Below are positions 22,075 through 35,196 of a stretch of DNA of 64,000 nt, piece after piece. The DNA is taken from positions 1 through 64,000 of the forward strand of contig MU006109.1 of the NCBI GenBank assembly GCA_010093705.1, in the 5' to 3' direction. Below the pieces are notes generated by a model, which was not told where the DNA came from, searched no databases, and was given only the letters and a program-made list of their open reading frames with translations. Made by a program: the position numbers and the translations under genes. Position 1 is the stretch's first letter, and every line of letters begins with the position of its first letter. The DNA comes from Patellaria atrata CBS 101060 (taxonomy: Eukaryota).

Positions 22075-23566
22075 ATACTTCGTAGGATTCCTTTTAGTGC
22101 TGTAGTTTTGTCAGATCACGCTAGCTTGCAGAATTTACTCAATTCAGCTGTCAATGGTCACCCTCGCTCATAGGTCGAAGAAAACTCCAGGCTGGTGGAT
22201 CCTATATATAACTAATTCTCCATGTGTACATGAACCTGTACTAGCCAGGGGATTTTCATTGGTCGTAATTAGTGTGTCAAGTCCAGTGAAGGGGTAGTGA
22301 CAGATGTAAAAGTCATTATAACTTGAGCTTAGTACAGTGTTCTGAGTTAACGGGATTGTTCTAGATGGTGCGAAACTGGTGTTGTACCCTGCATGTATTA
22401 AGAGTATACGCTCCTTTCATGTGAAAACCATCAAGAGGCAGCTTCATACCATATTGCGATCATCCTACTGATTATTGACTTTTTCTTCCTTTTTTTCGTG
22501 TCCCGGCTCCCGTTGCCACGTTGCACACCACCCTTTGCCGCTCCACGCTATAACACGATATTTCTCTCTGCGTTCTTTCCATACTTGGCCGACGGTGATT
22601 GAGTCCCTAATGATCTCTATCCGACCAGACGACCATCGGTGGCGATGTCGACGATAGTAATCGTAGTGAGTTCGGATTCAGAAACTTAGCACAGTGCGAC
22701 AGTATGGTAAGGGTACCTGGCTTGCGAGGTTCGAGATGATTGTAAGCTCATTACTGTCAATGGTCAACTCAATCCTATCGCGCCCTTACGGTGGTAAGAC
22801 CAATGTTAACCTAGATTCTCGTGAAGTGAATGACACTCCGGTACCTAGCTATGTTAGCTCCTTTGCTCTCAGATTGACTTGGCTGAGATATCGGATGGAG
22901 TGGAAGGCGATGATTCTAGGATCCTAGATAGGTATATCTCTCATCTACGGGAGCATCTGGCTTGAGAAAGTCACCGGATACGGATCGCGCATACCTTGCG
23001 AAGGACAACAGCATATAGGAGGTGCTTACGGCCGTGAAATCGGTTCAAACGGACTATCGGTGTCTTCTACACAAAGTAGTCTTCGAAGAAAATCCATCTT
23101 TAGCATGAAACTTTACAGAATTTGATAGGAGGTTTGGCGATATAAGTACGGCTCGTTGTCTCTTCTGCCGCAACCGTAGTCTACTGTTAATGAGATTCCG
23201 TCGCCACCCACGGAGTATCTTCAGCAATACTTTGCACTTCCCAACTACATCAGCGGACGAGCATAACATGTTGCTATGTCTCACCACGTTTTGCTTTACC
23301 GGTCCTCGAGCACCGAAGGCGTCCTCCGCAGGGTAACTGACAAGCGCAAACAGTGAGGAAAGTAAAGTCCAATGCAGCTCGTCATTTAGCTCTGACGTAT
23401 CCTTTGTTCACTCAAGAACCGTAACCTCGCCGTATTTCTGCCCCACAATCTGCACGGTTCACTTGCACATATCTTCAGTCAGTGTGAAAAGCACTCTCGT
23501 TGTGGCCATTTTCCGCAGTCTGAACACTTTCCACGTACCAACAATGGTCGACTCCAATGCCACAGA

Positions 23567-24843
23567 GTGGTATCCATTCGAACGCTCATGCGGATGAACA
23601 CTGCTTATTTCGGATCCGAGACGTTCAATATGTTGCCGTGCCGATACCAATCGTCAGTCCAGCCTCGCCAATTATCAAGTTACATGGCGCTAATGAGAGA
23701 AAAGTTGCCTAGGAGTAACTATCCCGCAAATAAGATCGTACCTGTGACTGTCATAGCAGAAACCCTTCATGAACACTTGAACGAGACTCGGGTGAAAAAT
23801 CTAATTGACAGATGGTTGCGCGCGGACGATGCTTTCTGTCCTGAGTTCCTTCAAAACGTCGTCTTTATCATGCCTGTGGGCCAAACTTCGGACCTAGGAG
23901 GTATCCAAAGCAGTCTACAATCTCTCTGGGGTACTGAATGGTCTTCAACTATTTCGTTAGCTACAGTCAGCGGTAGCATCACTTCAGGGCCATTTGTTTT
24001 GTGGAAGGGGGAATTGTACAAAGCTTTCAGGCTATATGACGATATACAATAAGCATTTATCATTGCGATAAAACCTCAAATAGAGAAAGGGTAAGTATTG
24101 TGCACTCTTAAACCTTTCAAAAACTCACTCCAGCTAGACCATTCGAGAGGTTTACCAGGAATTGCATCAATTTCGAGAAGACTACCGAGCGAAGTACTCG
24201 AAAGAACCTTACGTAAATCCAGTTACGCGCTGTAGATACTTCGTTTCCTTTGGTCCAGTCAGAATACCATACTAATGTCCTTTAGGGAGGCGGCAAAAAC
24301 GTTAACGAAGAGCAGCACAAGGATGCTTTAGAGCGCTTAGCTGTCTATAAAGAGTTTCTTCTTAAGGAGGTGCTCCAGGGAAACCTGCGTGAAGCTCTTG
24401 TAGTCCTTTCCATCACGAGTCAAGCGGTAGACTACCGGAACGCAACTGTCGAGTCTGTTACACCCTATCAGCTATACGACATTCTCTAACATAGAATTAG
24501 TCCTCCTTCCGCGCCGAATGCGTTAGATGGAATATGGCTTGCGCCAATATTGAGCGCACCAGAACTCTCAGTCCCAAGTAAGTTTGCTACCCACCAAGGC
24601 AGTAACGCTACTACGCGTAGCATCTGATAGGTTACAGTCGAAGAGATGGAGTATGTCTCAGATCTGAGCAAGCGAAAAGAGCATTTACTGATTGTGGTGT
24701 CGCTTCTTGGGAGACCTGGCTCGGACATGAAACTTCTAGATACTGCTTGTCGAACCTTGGACCGCTCTGGACGCACCAGTCTCGTTAGTACAGGAAGCAA
24801 GATGAACATCGGAGGCAAATTTGTGAAGGAGGATCCGGCTTGA
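23567..24843 (+). pseudogene. Amidase-signature family pseudogene with catalytic core missing
   Basis: N-terminal-like segment (WLRADDAFCPEFL...GPFVLWKGELYKAFRLYDD) ends at TAA 24050-24052. C-terminal-like fragments follow (LAPILSAPELSVP; VSLLGRPGSDMKLL...VSTG). No GGSS/SDTxGS core is seen between them. Confidence 0.6.
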
Positions 24844-25388
24844 CCTTCCTTGAAACTGACTACTCGCTCTGGTACTGACGATATGGAAGAAGAGAGGAGG
24901 CCCGAATGAGCGATGGCAGGGCTATAGTCCGGTGGTGGTATACTATTTCCGGCGGTTTTGGTATTCACGATGTCAATATGTACATCTCCATCGCCCAAGT
25001 CCTTAACTTGCTCTCCGTACAGACTGTGACGCGTTGTGCTACTGTAGACTAAGTAGCGGCGAAGTGGTGGACGAGAGTCTGACTTTGTACCGTGTTTTCG
25101 TTTGCCAAGTCTTGATGATGAAGTCGACGAGCGAGGATTGCTCGGTACAGGAGGAGGGAGCATAGGGTATTTGTTGGTGATAACCGTGGAAAGGTCTGCG
25201 TCTCTGCTACTGTGCTGTATTGTTGGCCATGGTGCAGTTACGGTACGATGGTGTTGTGAAGCGGCGGGGTGAAAATCAAACCAGCACGACCAGCTTACCT
25301 GTGAGCCCCGGCAAGCGTTTCTGCCATCACGATTTAGATTGAAAGCATCGATGCGCACCAAGGGTTGTATAAGCTCCATTCTGTTCCC

Positions 25389-26047
25389 ATGCTCGACACG
25401 CGACAACTGGCTGCTTTCCTACTGCAGAACCGATTCCGCTTCTTGTGCCTCGCGCAGGCGGCGATAGAGAGAGCTGACCAGCATAGAAGCATTACACCGA
25501 ACAAGCTGACCCCGAACAAAACCGCTAATCACCATAGCGATTCCATCACAACGATACCATACCCCAATTCGCTCCTGTTTCGCCCACCAAGAGTGCCTCA
25601 AGCGCAGCAGTATCCGAAGCATCAGAAGTCGAGTCACACCAGTATGGACATCCGAGTCCCGTGAAGCAACTCCAGACGCTCGAAGATTTCGAAGAATAAC
25701 CTGTATTCCTTTGCAACTTCGATAATGTCGAGCACGGGGTGGAGTCGGAAGACGTCAATGAGATGCATAAAGCTGCTCAACGCTTTGTAGACGGTGTTGG
25801 AGCTTTAGGATATGATAATATAGATACGGCTGTTTCTGCTCTCGCGCCGATATACATAGTACGACTCCACTATCCCTGGGCAAACGACGTGGAATACCGC
25901 CGTCTCTTCGGCTCAATGTCCTGGGTAATAGACTCACAGGTTGCGTACACGCGATTGAAGACGACAGTAGCGTCCAGTAGAACTATAATCAGGCTCCAGA
26001 GCAATGTACATGAGGTCGAGTACAATTGGGACTCATGTGGACATTAG
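25389..26047 (+). pseudogene. Degraded gene fragment resembling the N-terminal part of fungal PD-(D/E)XK nuclease-like proteins
   Basis: One frame reads SPVKQLQTLEDFEE*PVFLCNFD...AQRFVDGVGALG...YPWAND with an in-frame TAA at 25697-25699. The family resemblance is from memory only. Confidence 0.3.
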
Positions 26048-27159
26048 GTAAATGCCTTCTCTCCCGTCGAACCGTTCAGAAGCATTAACAACGAAAACGA
26101 CCTCGACAATGCGCGACGAGCATACTATTTCGCGGGTCCTCTCCCCACTCCATAACATGGCCCTTAACCCAATCTCCAGTGAAAGATTCATTTCGTTGCG
26201 GAATATAAGAAACACTAAGCTTATCATTCCATGCCTAATCCGCGATTGCACATAGGTGAAAGGCATGGATTGAGAACAGAAGAGGTGCTTAGAGACCTAA
26301 TGGTACCAGCATGGTCAATCTTATATATCGTACAGAAGTATGAAACGCGCGGCTTATGCCTCAGGGAGTTCTCCAGCCTTTTCTAACGCAATAACATCTT
26401 GATCAACTCTGTGAAAGAGCATGAGATGAATTGTGAATAGAAATCACGTTGGAGTAGAATGTACCGAATCGACTTGAGCCGGTTTGATTCAAGCAACGGA
26501 TGAGACGCATGAAGTTCACCTTTAAGAACCAGACCCGGTACTTGGATTCATAGTGGACAGATCTGATATACTTCGGTTTCCTTGCTTCCCTCACTTTTAT
26601 CTGCCAGAATTCCGGTGTGCATTGAGCTACATTAGCAAACCACCCCGACCTCCTGGAATCTCTCTTCCACGCTCTTGCATTTTCTCTTCTAACTTTTCTA
26701 GATTTCCCCTTTTCGCACTCTTGTAGTTCCACCACCACACCGACGAAGAAGAACTTTTAGAAATTAAGTCGACATACCTCCAAGCATTTCCCTTGATTCC
26801 TTGTTTCCAATAATCATGTTCCCTCCTAATCCACCATCTTTATGACACGTTTAGAATCCGACTTACGCCACACTCCTTTCTCCAATATTGGCTTTGTCCC
26901 ACTTTTTCTGTTGTAGCAGTCGTAGATATCGCTGAAGAACAAGTTGAGCCACTTTCTCGATCGTTATACAAGAGAACAGAAAGGTGGGGACGGAAGAATA
27001 CCACTTTTGCCACGACGCATTGATTTCAACTTTATTATGTTTAAACGGATAATGAGCCAGATCAAGTTAATTCTCTTCAGACTGCTTCGGATATACCTCG
27101 TACGGCGATTTATGATTTGTCATTTATACGCCTAAATAATCTCTGTACATACAACAAGT

Positions 27160-28224
27160 CTAGCAAATGTTCTTCGCGGCGTTACCCGTGAGTGTCCAAT
27201 TGGTGTTATCACCGCAAGGGGACTCACGAACGGAATTGTTGTCCACCCTAAGAGTGATCGAAATGTCACGGTTGTTTGGAAACTCGGAGCGAGCTGCGAG
27301 ACGAACCTCTCCTCCTCCATTGACGGTACCACCCTGAATCGAAACGTTGTAGCAGTTCTCGATGAGAATTGCATTGTTACCATTGTTCGCGAGATCGATG
27401 CTGGTGATAACGACACCTCCGGATTGTGAGACGCAAAAGATACCACGACCTCCACCACGAGAGACGACTTTATCGATATAGACGTTAGTATTGTAGTTGC
27501 CATTGGAATTCTGGCCATTGTTGTTTGCCATGCGAAAGGTCGCGTACCCGGTCCCTGCAGCGACGTTATTGCCGTCGACGAGTCCAACCCGAGCGTTTGT
27601 AGTCTTCTGCAGTAGCAAGCCGGACTCGCCGACGTTTCGAGCGATGACCTGGTTGATGGTAAGACCGTCGATGTTCCATGTTTCAACGGCGTGGCTTCCA
27701 GCACCGGTAACGTTAATGACATCCATTTTCACATTAGAGTTCGCCGCCGCATCACGATCGAAACGGATACCTAACCCACCACTGAGATTCATGGTAATTT
27801 TGCCGAGGACCAAGTCTCGAGTCCCGTAAAAGCGCAAGCCAAAATACGGGTTCCCGGTCATGGTGAGGTATGGGATTTGAACGCCCGAGGTGTTCAGTGA
27901 CTCGATGGCACCCCGTCCGGATTTGTTACCAACATTGATGGTACCACATCCCTCGAAAATCTTACCACTACTGATGGTGATGCTGTTGGCACCGATGGAA
28001 CCTGATGCGATGACTGAGACGCGCTGACCGCTGCTGATGGAGTCGAGCGCAGACTGGATCGCAGCGCGGTAGTCGGAGCCGGAATACACCGTCCTTGAAC
28101 CTGTCGTGGCCGTGAAGGAGCTGCCGGACCCAGTCACCCTGGAGTCAGGTGTTCCCGAACCACACTGGCCATGAACGGTTGTGAGAAGTGCGAACACTGC
28201 CGTGAGGATCGAGAATCGGGCCAT
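27160..28224 (-). CDS. Secreted parallel beta-helix (pectin-lyase-like fold) protein, 354 aa, intronless
   Basis: Signal peptide MARFSILTAVFALLTTVHG. Gly/Asn/Ile/Val-rich repeating beta-strand pattern (e.g. HAVETWNIDGLTI, NAILIENCYNVSI). Confidence 0.75.
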   Translation of the reverse strand: MARFSILTAVFALLTTVHGQCGSGTPDSRVTGSGSSFTATTGSRTVYSGSDYRAAIQSALDSISSGQRVSVIASGSIGANSITISSGKIFEGCGTINVGNKSGRGAIESLNTSGVQIPYLTMTGNPYFGLRFYGTRDLVLGKITMNLSGGLGIRFDRDAAANSNVKMDVINVTGAGSHAVETWNIDGLTINQVIARNVGESGLLLQKTTNARVGLVDGNNVAAGTGYATFRMANNNGQNSNGNYNTNVYIDKVVSRGGGRGIFCVSQSGGVVITSIDLANNGNNAILIENCYNVSIQGGTVNGGGEVRLAARSEFPNNRDISITLRVDNNSVRESPCGDNTNWTLTGNAAKNIC

Positions 28225-29237
28225 GGTAGCTGTTTCTCTTTGCGCTTGCGAGGACGAAGAGTGGAGTTGTGGCTATATTTCCATTGTCCATCAAGGAACC
28301 TAACGCATCATTTATACCTGTTTTTCTTCAGATGCGCACTGCTCTAGTACATGCTTCCATCCAAGCATGATATATTAGGTGAAGCCGTTTAAATCGTCAG
28401 TTCGTCTTCATAACTGGTATTTTGACAAAGGTTTGGAAATAATCCGTTACCCCCGCAAAATGAAAATGCATCAATGCAATTCCCGGATTCAATTGAGATC
28501 CTGGAGCGCCAACACCTGTACATTGAAATACGCAATCTATTCGAATCTTCGACTCCGCACTTTTCTTGGTGGGACGTAAACCTTACATGGTTTACCCGCG
28601 CGAGTTGAAGCGAGTTTCAGGGGACGGCTACTCGGTTACATCTTCGACCTTCCGATCCGACCGCAACCGTTCTTGGTCTGCTCCCGTTACCAAGCACTTC
28701 CCATGAGATGTTGTCATAAGGTATACGGAGTAATTTGGATGATTCGCGGAACTATTACTCCTGGAGAACGTCTACTACCTACTTCCTAGTCAATTGAGTA
28801 TTATCCCAAGGTACTACAACAGTCTTATAATAAAACTACCAAGTTGGAACTAAGATGTAAGGAGGGGGGAAAAAATGCAAAAAGAATTTTGTCCAATATC
28901 CTTCAAAATAAATATCGAATATCAACCCATAGGTGGAGTATCTCTCCTGTTGGGTAAACGGGGGCGAGGAGACTACGACCTCCCTTCGAACCCTAAAGTT
29001 CGACCACCGGACAAGTTGTAGATTGCCATGTAACGTCTGTTTTGACGGCGAGGGGAACTGGAAATTTTCCGGTTGGAGACTTGACAGTCGTAGGAGAGCA
29101 TCAGAGTGTGAAAAGTCTCTTCGCAATATAAATACATGTCGTGGCTACGTTAGAGGTTTGCGCAGTAAGGCGCGCTCCAGACGAACAAAGAATTTATTTA
29201 ACCGTACTTTTAGTCTTTTACACCATTCCTCGTTAGA

Positions 29238-30312
29238 ATGATTCGCATTCTTTTTCTATCCGCTACTGCTCTCCTATTATGGCAAACTCACGGTCAAGCC
29301 GATCCTCTACCCTGCTCTGGAGTTTGTACCAATTCCCACGACCCTTCCATTATTCGTCGTGATTCTGATGGAAGATACTTCCGATTTTCAACGGGAGGTA
29401 AAGTTGCGATTCACACTGCGCCGAGTCTGGACGGTCCTTGGACATATCAATGTGCTATGCTCCCTAGTGGTTCGGTAATCAATAATCCTGGGAGGAATGA
29501 TATTTGGGTGATGATTTCCGAGTACTGAATGAATATAGATGACTAACTAAGAGATATCAGGCTCCTGATGCGGCCAAAGTTGGAGATACGTATTACATCT
29601 ACTACAGTGTCAGCACATTTGGGTCTCAGAATTCTGCTATTGGATTCGCTACATCTCCTACTATGGACTGCAACTCCTTCAACGATCATGGAAGTGTCGT
29701 AACCTCGTACTCTGGCTCGCGCTTCAATACCATCGACGGGAACCTTTTCTTTGCGGGTGGCAAGTATTATCTGAACTTTGGTAGTTTCTGGGATGGTCTT
29801 TACCAAGTCGAGATGGCGAACCCACCAACAGCTGCCGTCTCAGCACCCCGTCAGATCACATACGAGCCCAGTGGTTCTAGGGCCATTGAAGCGCCGTTCA
29901 TGATCTTCAACAATAATTATTACTACCTGTTCTTCTCTAATGGTGTTTGTTGCGGCTATGACTCTAAGAGGCCACCTCCTGGGGAAGAATATAAGGTGAA
30001 AGTCTGTCGATCACCTTCGGCAACAGCCGGATTTGTATGTCCTACCTTCTCTAATATCCAAGACGAAATTCTCACTAACGCTACCCCCAGGTTGATAAAA
30101 ATGGGAGATCTTGTACTTCTGGCGGAGGTACTGTTATCCTCGGGTCACACGGGAATATCTACGGACCTGGCGGTCAGGGCATATACAATGATCCTATAAA
30201 CTCTTGGATCATCTACTACCACTATGTCGATACTAGAATTGGTTTCTCCGACGGTGCTAAGCGCTTCGGCTGGAATAAGATCAACTGGGTCGATGGATGG
30301 CCAAGTGTCTAA
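29238..30312 (+). CDS. GH43 endo-1,5-alpha-L-arabinanase, 3 exons (29238-29507, 29561-30034, 30091-30312; ~321 aa)
   Basis: Signal peptide, HDPSI, WAPD formed across intron 1, NTIDG, FGSFW, IEAP, YGPGGQG and terminal GWP. Confidence 0.92.
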
Positions 30313-30681
30313 GGTAGGATGGATTGATGATGTATACCCATAAGAGTATACTGATTCATACTGGCTCACAAAAAAATTGAGAGGGTTGAGGAGCATAAAT
30401 ACAAAGAGGTAATGGGACCTGGTGGACTTGTGGGAAAGAGGAACGTAGGCCTAAATGAGTAATGGTCCAACAGGAAGAAGAGGGCGGGGGTTCTCGAGAG
30501 GTAGTAGAGATTCTATCATGATACCCACACAATTATGCGTTCTGCGGCTCTTGATTCGTTCTTTTCGACATATAAAGCTTCCTACTTCCTGACTTGATCC
30601 AGTAGTTTAGTACTGTACATGCGTCTACATTCGCATGAAGTTGTCCTTCGATGCTTCTTCAGGTCATCTAGATATGATGTT

Positions 30682-31254
30682 CTATTTTAATAAGAACTCA
30701 TTTTCAATTAGCCTTTCTATGGTACTATAGAATGACTGCACTTCTTTGACAAGTTCGTTCAATGTTTGGGTTGCATCCCTCATCTCTTTCCCCTTGTTCT
30801 CCGCATTCCGTTCCTTAACGCACTTCAAAGCATTCAGTTCTCCATTCAACCTCACGATCTCTTCATGTTTCCGTTGTTTTTCATCGGTCAAAATCTGTGG
30901 GATCCAATCCTCCGGATATTTCACGCCGTCTGGCAATGGCGGGCTCTTCATAAGCTTCTTCATGACTTCCATACGATTTCGGAACAAATGCTCGAAGTTT
31001 TTAAGTTTTGCAATCTGTTCTTGAAATTATGCCTGCGCATCTACTGGATAAGCATGTGCGCTTTTCAGCTCTTTGTAAAGGTCTTTCTTCACTCTAACAT
31101 ATTCCTGGATCTCTTTTTCCATCGTCTTATTGTTGATGTTCCGGTGCAGGAACCAGAACTTGTGGTGCTCTAGAATAGAATTCGTACGGAAGTCCCTCGC
31201 GTTCGCGGACATCGGTTTGTTCAGATCGGTAACAGGTGTGGATATAGATTCCAT
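30682..31254 (-). pseudogene. Coiled-coil orphan ORF interrupted by one in-frame stop
   Basis: ORFs 31027-31254 and 30682-30987 are in the same frame, separated by TAA at 31027-31029. Confidence 0.45.
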
Positions 31255-31963
31255 TGTTGTAGCGGTGCGTTCTGTTGGCGAGAAGTCTTACAGGGAGGCG
31301 CGATTTAAAGAAGGAAGTAGATATGCTTGATGTAGGTAGGTATAAAAGAGATTGGGGTCGTGGGTCGCAATTGCTCAGGTTCGAAGTATGAGGGAGATGG
31401 GTCTGAAGGTTGCGATTTCTCGATTCGATGTATGGGGGGATATAGAGTCGAGGATAGTAATTGTTAGGAAATCGAATGAGTTCGGATGTCGTGCAGGTGG
31501 ATAGAAAGACTGCGTTGATACTGGAGCGAAAGGAACGAGAGTTCGTATGGGAAAGCAGCAAGGGAAAGACTTCAGCAGGAGTGCAAGGCGTGACTTCCAC
31601 TTTCGGATCAGGTGGAACATACCTTACGCCCGATCAACCTCAGTATGATGCATTCGGAACGTCCGATACAGATAGGTTAGCTCCTTCTATTTACTGTATC
31701 TCCATACCTACTCCACACATCCTTCTGCAAGTTCAGCTCCATATCTCACACACCCCTTCAGCTCTACACTCCCGTCTAGATATACCTATCCACTCAACTG
31801 TAGACACGAGTGTAGAGTGAGAAGGTCGGGAAAGAAACAAGGGCGAAAAGGGTTAGTTGGTGTGGTGAGGTGAGGTCGTTGATACAACCTGACAAAGATC
31901 ACGCGTACACGGCGGGTTTGCAGTATATATAGACAAACTCAGTATTGACAAACAAACCATAAG

Positions 31964-32700
31964 GTGTTATTGATGTCATGTCGAGTGACTCATAACTCCT
32001 TGAGGTGGTATTCAATCGAACAGCATTATGGCCAACGACCTCCCACCATTTACTCCCTTGACAAATCAAAACACCACACTTCTCAATACCGCAAGGATGG
32101 CGGAAACCAAAGAAGAGCAAGTCGCAAAATGTTCGAACCCTACAAGAAGCTTTTGGCCGAAAATCGAGGCAAAGGTATAGTCTTTTGTCAGTAAAGGAAT
32201 TTCAGGACTGATTACAATCAACAGAAATCGACGACTTGTTCAAACGCGATGCTGCCATAGACCAGGACTACAAAAGGCTCCTCGAAATGCGCGAGGCAGT
32301 CGCCCGAGCGGAAGAGAAGCTCGAAGCAATCAAACAACAACCTCGTCAACTTGCTATTGAAAAACGGATAGGGAAGATCCGAGAGATGTACACAAAGGTC
32401 AAGAACGAGTCTGAAGACATGTCAGAGCTGAATGTGAAAAGATATGGGTGAGTCAGATTTATATCCATCTATCATCAAACTTCCTCATAGAATACTGATC
32501 CTTTTTCAGGCGGAAAATAAGCCCAGGTCGAATGAAGCTAGCGCTGCCTTCTAGGAAAGGTTCATACAATAAATAATTGTGAACTTCAAAGAGCGCCTTG
32601 TACGCTTCGAAGAGATCTTCGCCAGCGTTCCCCAGCTGAAGAACCGTCTTCACCTTGAAAGATAAAGTGAGCAGAAGACGCACAGCCCCAATGTCGGTCC
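31964..32700 (+). CDS. Small hypothetical coiled-coil gene or gene relic with introns
   Basis: Charged helical ORF pieces joined by plausible introns (GTATAG..AACAG near 32176-32224; GTGAGT near 32448). Boundaries uncertain. Confidence 0.3.
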
Positions 32701-33806
32701 TACTGGCTCTGAAGAGCGTATAGGGGGACAGCTGGGCGTCTGATACTGACGGCTACGAATGGATCGAGTTCGGAGATGATGGCCACTAAAGGGTCAATAT
32801 TCTTTTATAGTTCTTCTAACTATTATGATAAACCTGTCTACGCAATACAGACGTTGACTGTAAAACTGGTATAATAATGCAATGTGGTGACAAGTAACTG
32901 AAAGATCCAATCAATAGGTGAAATATGTAGATTTGGTCGGTGTTTTGATCTCACCGCCATTCAATCCATCTGACCACTTTGCTAGAAGTTAATTCTATAC
33001 ATTAAGTCCAACCATTTTACCGTGAGCCATCTAATGACTTTGCTATGACCCATTTGATGACCTTTCTGCGAGTCATACTTCTACCTATTCATGCTCAACC
33101 ATCTTCCTATTTCTGATCACTGCGCCGCGAAGTCATTTGACGCATTTGATACAAGCACACGACGTTTTAGATATTCGACTCTATTTGAGCAGCAATTGTG
33201 TTCTGTTAAAAAGCAAAGTGGAATAGAACGAAGTTATTTTAAGGTAACGGAGGTGGCTACCAAAAGTCCTCTCTCACCGCCCTGGTTTGAATAAAACCGG
33301 CAAAATATCAGCCTACACAAGAAGCGGCTCAACTACGCCAAATATCTTATTAGGCACCCGACACCCACACCCTCCATTCTCTGGGGGCTTTATATTCAAC
33401 CGGTTCTATTTGGACTAAGGCAATGAGAAAGAACTTTTCGTAGCTAAGGTTCCTCCGTATGGTGGATGACAGATCATAGGATAGTTCTACAGAAACTATC
33501 GCCAAGTGTAAGATGATAACACTACGGCAAAAGGCTGACCTTAATGCCGAGTTTAGCAGTAAGGCTACCGTAATATCTGCCACCAAGCTTCGTCGGAAAA
33601 AGACCAAAATGTTCAACTCCGCTCCGTTTTGAGCCTGTCCGGTAACTCCGGTTACCTGTATATCCCAATATAAGGACTGTTCAAGTATAAATAGTCCTAC
33701 GAGTCAGCTCTTCGATAATGATTTCAACCATCGCAAATCTCTATAGCCAGTTGTTCAAATCAGAGAGTGCTGGTTCCCTTCAACAATCTCACAATATTGA
33801 ATCGTC

Positions 33807-34274
33807 ATGTCTCACTTACAGTACTTCGATTACGAGGGCTTTGGACAGAGAGTGAAGAAGGACACCCACTATAGTCAGGCGGTCCGAATAGGAGATAAGA
33901 TTCACTGTTCAGGTCAAGGTACGTTTATCGTAACCCTAGAATGCTATACCCCTAGATAATATACCAACCTAACCAAATCAGGTGGATGGGACAGAATCAC
34001 CGAGGAAATTCCCAGTAACTTGCAAAAGGAAATTGACCAGGCATTTGCGAATGTCGAGTTCGCGCTGAAGGAAGCCGGCGGAAAAGGGTGGGAGCAAGTC
34101 TATAAAGTACGCGGTTACTTCGCACCTATCGACATGGAAGCTGCCGGCTATGTCATAGAAAACCTCCGAAAGTACTGCCCAAACCACCAGCCACTCTTCA
34201 CTGGGATCGGCGTCCAGGGCTTGGCTTTCAACATGCGTATCGAGCTGGAAGTTGAAGCCCATCTTGGTGCTTGA
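33807..34274 (+). CDS. RidA/YjgF/UK114 family protein, 2 exons (33807-33918, 33982-34274; ~134 aa)
   Basis: YSQAVRIGD..CSGQGG, IDQAFANVE..L..AG, HQPLFTGIGV..LA..MRIELEV. Confidence 0.88.
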
Positions 34275-35196
34275 GGAATTGCTCGAAATCAAACGAGACG
34301 TTGGAGATGAAACGGGGTCTTGACATTTTCACCCTCTCAAAAGCTTTACAACTTCCCCCTAGCTATTGTAACCTTGGTCTTTTATTCACCATTTGGAGTC
34401 TCTCACTTTCTGAGCCCTTCTAGTCCTCTAGTTACCAAATTTTCACCATATCGAAGCAACATTTTGTTATGATCCTGATCAATAGCGATCTATGGCAACC
34501 GCCTTTTTCCTTTTGATGACGGTTTAAGTAAAGAGTTATCGACCAGTCTAACAATGCTAACCCGCCTTCTACTAAGATCAACCCGACTCATACGAGTCCA
34601 TCAAAGCAAAATACTAAACATATTTATCGCAGCACCTGCATTTTGAAACAATTGTCGGTATCATTATCCATATGCATGATTTCAGTACCAAAACTAAGTA
34701 AAGAAGAATGACACCAGTAAAGAACGGCACTTCATTCAAAGTTAAAGCGTTATCTACTTCTACACTCATAAGTCCAGGAATTGATTTCGTTGAAGTCGAT
34801 TGCGGCGCATTCATGGTCGATTGAACTGTCAGTTCTAATTGTGAAGACTGAAGTGGATGGGTAAAGAATCTCATATTCGACCCTTTCTAAACTGAGTAGG
34901 TAACACAACCGACCATTTGACCCATTATCAACACTTTCGGAATGATGACGAGGCGATATTCCCAACACAATCCATATATGCTATCTTTTCCGGGGCGTTT
35001 TTGCTATATGCCCCATATGATGGGATAACGGGAGCACTTCAGACAAAAGGAAATCTCATATAGAAATTGTCCGCAACCGCATTGGCTACAACGAAGCACT
35101 TGGAAATGATTCAATCCAGAGGACTACAAGCGGATGTATAAAATTTTCCTCAAGTGGATCTACTTGTTTCTGGAGAGTACTACAGGATGATAATCT

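Noticed and set aside
22680..23460. Possible additional gene next to the last P450
   Set aside because: Only short ORFs with no motif I could recognise in any frame.
24486..25406. 306-aa minus-strand ORF as a real gene
   Set aside because: No recognisable domain, non-ATG start, and it overlaps the amidase relic antisense.
33807..34274. RidA as a self-resistance gene
   Set aside because: 12 kb from the cluster with no mechanistic link to fusidane action on EF-G.
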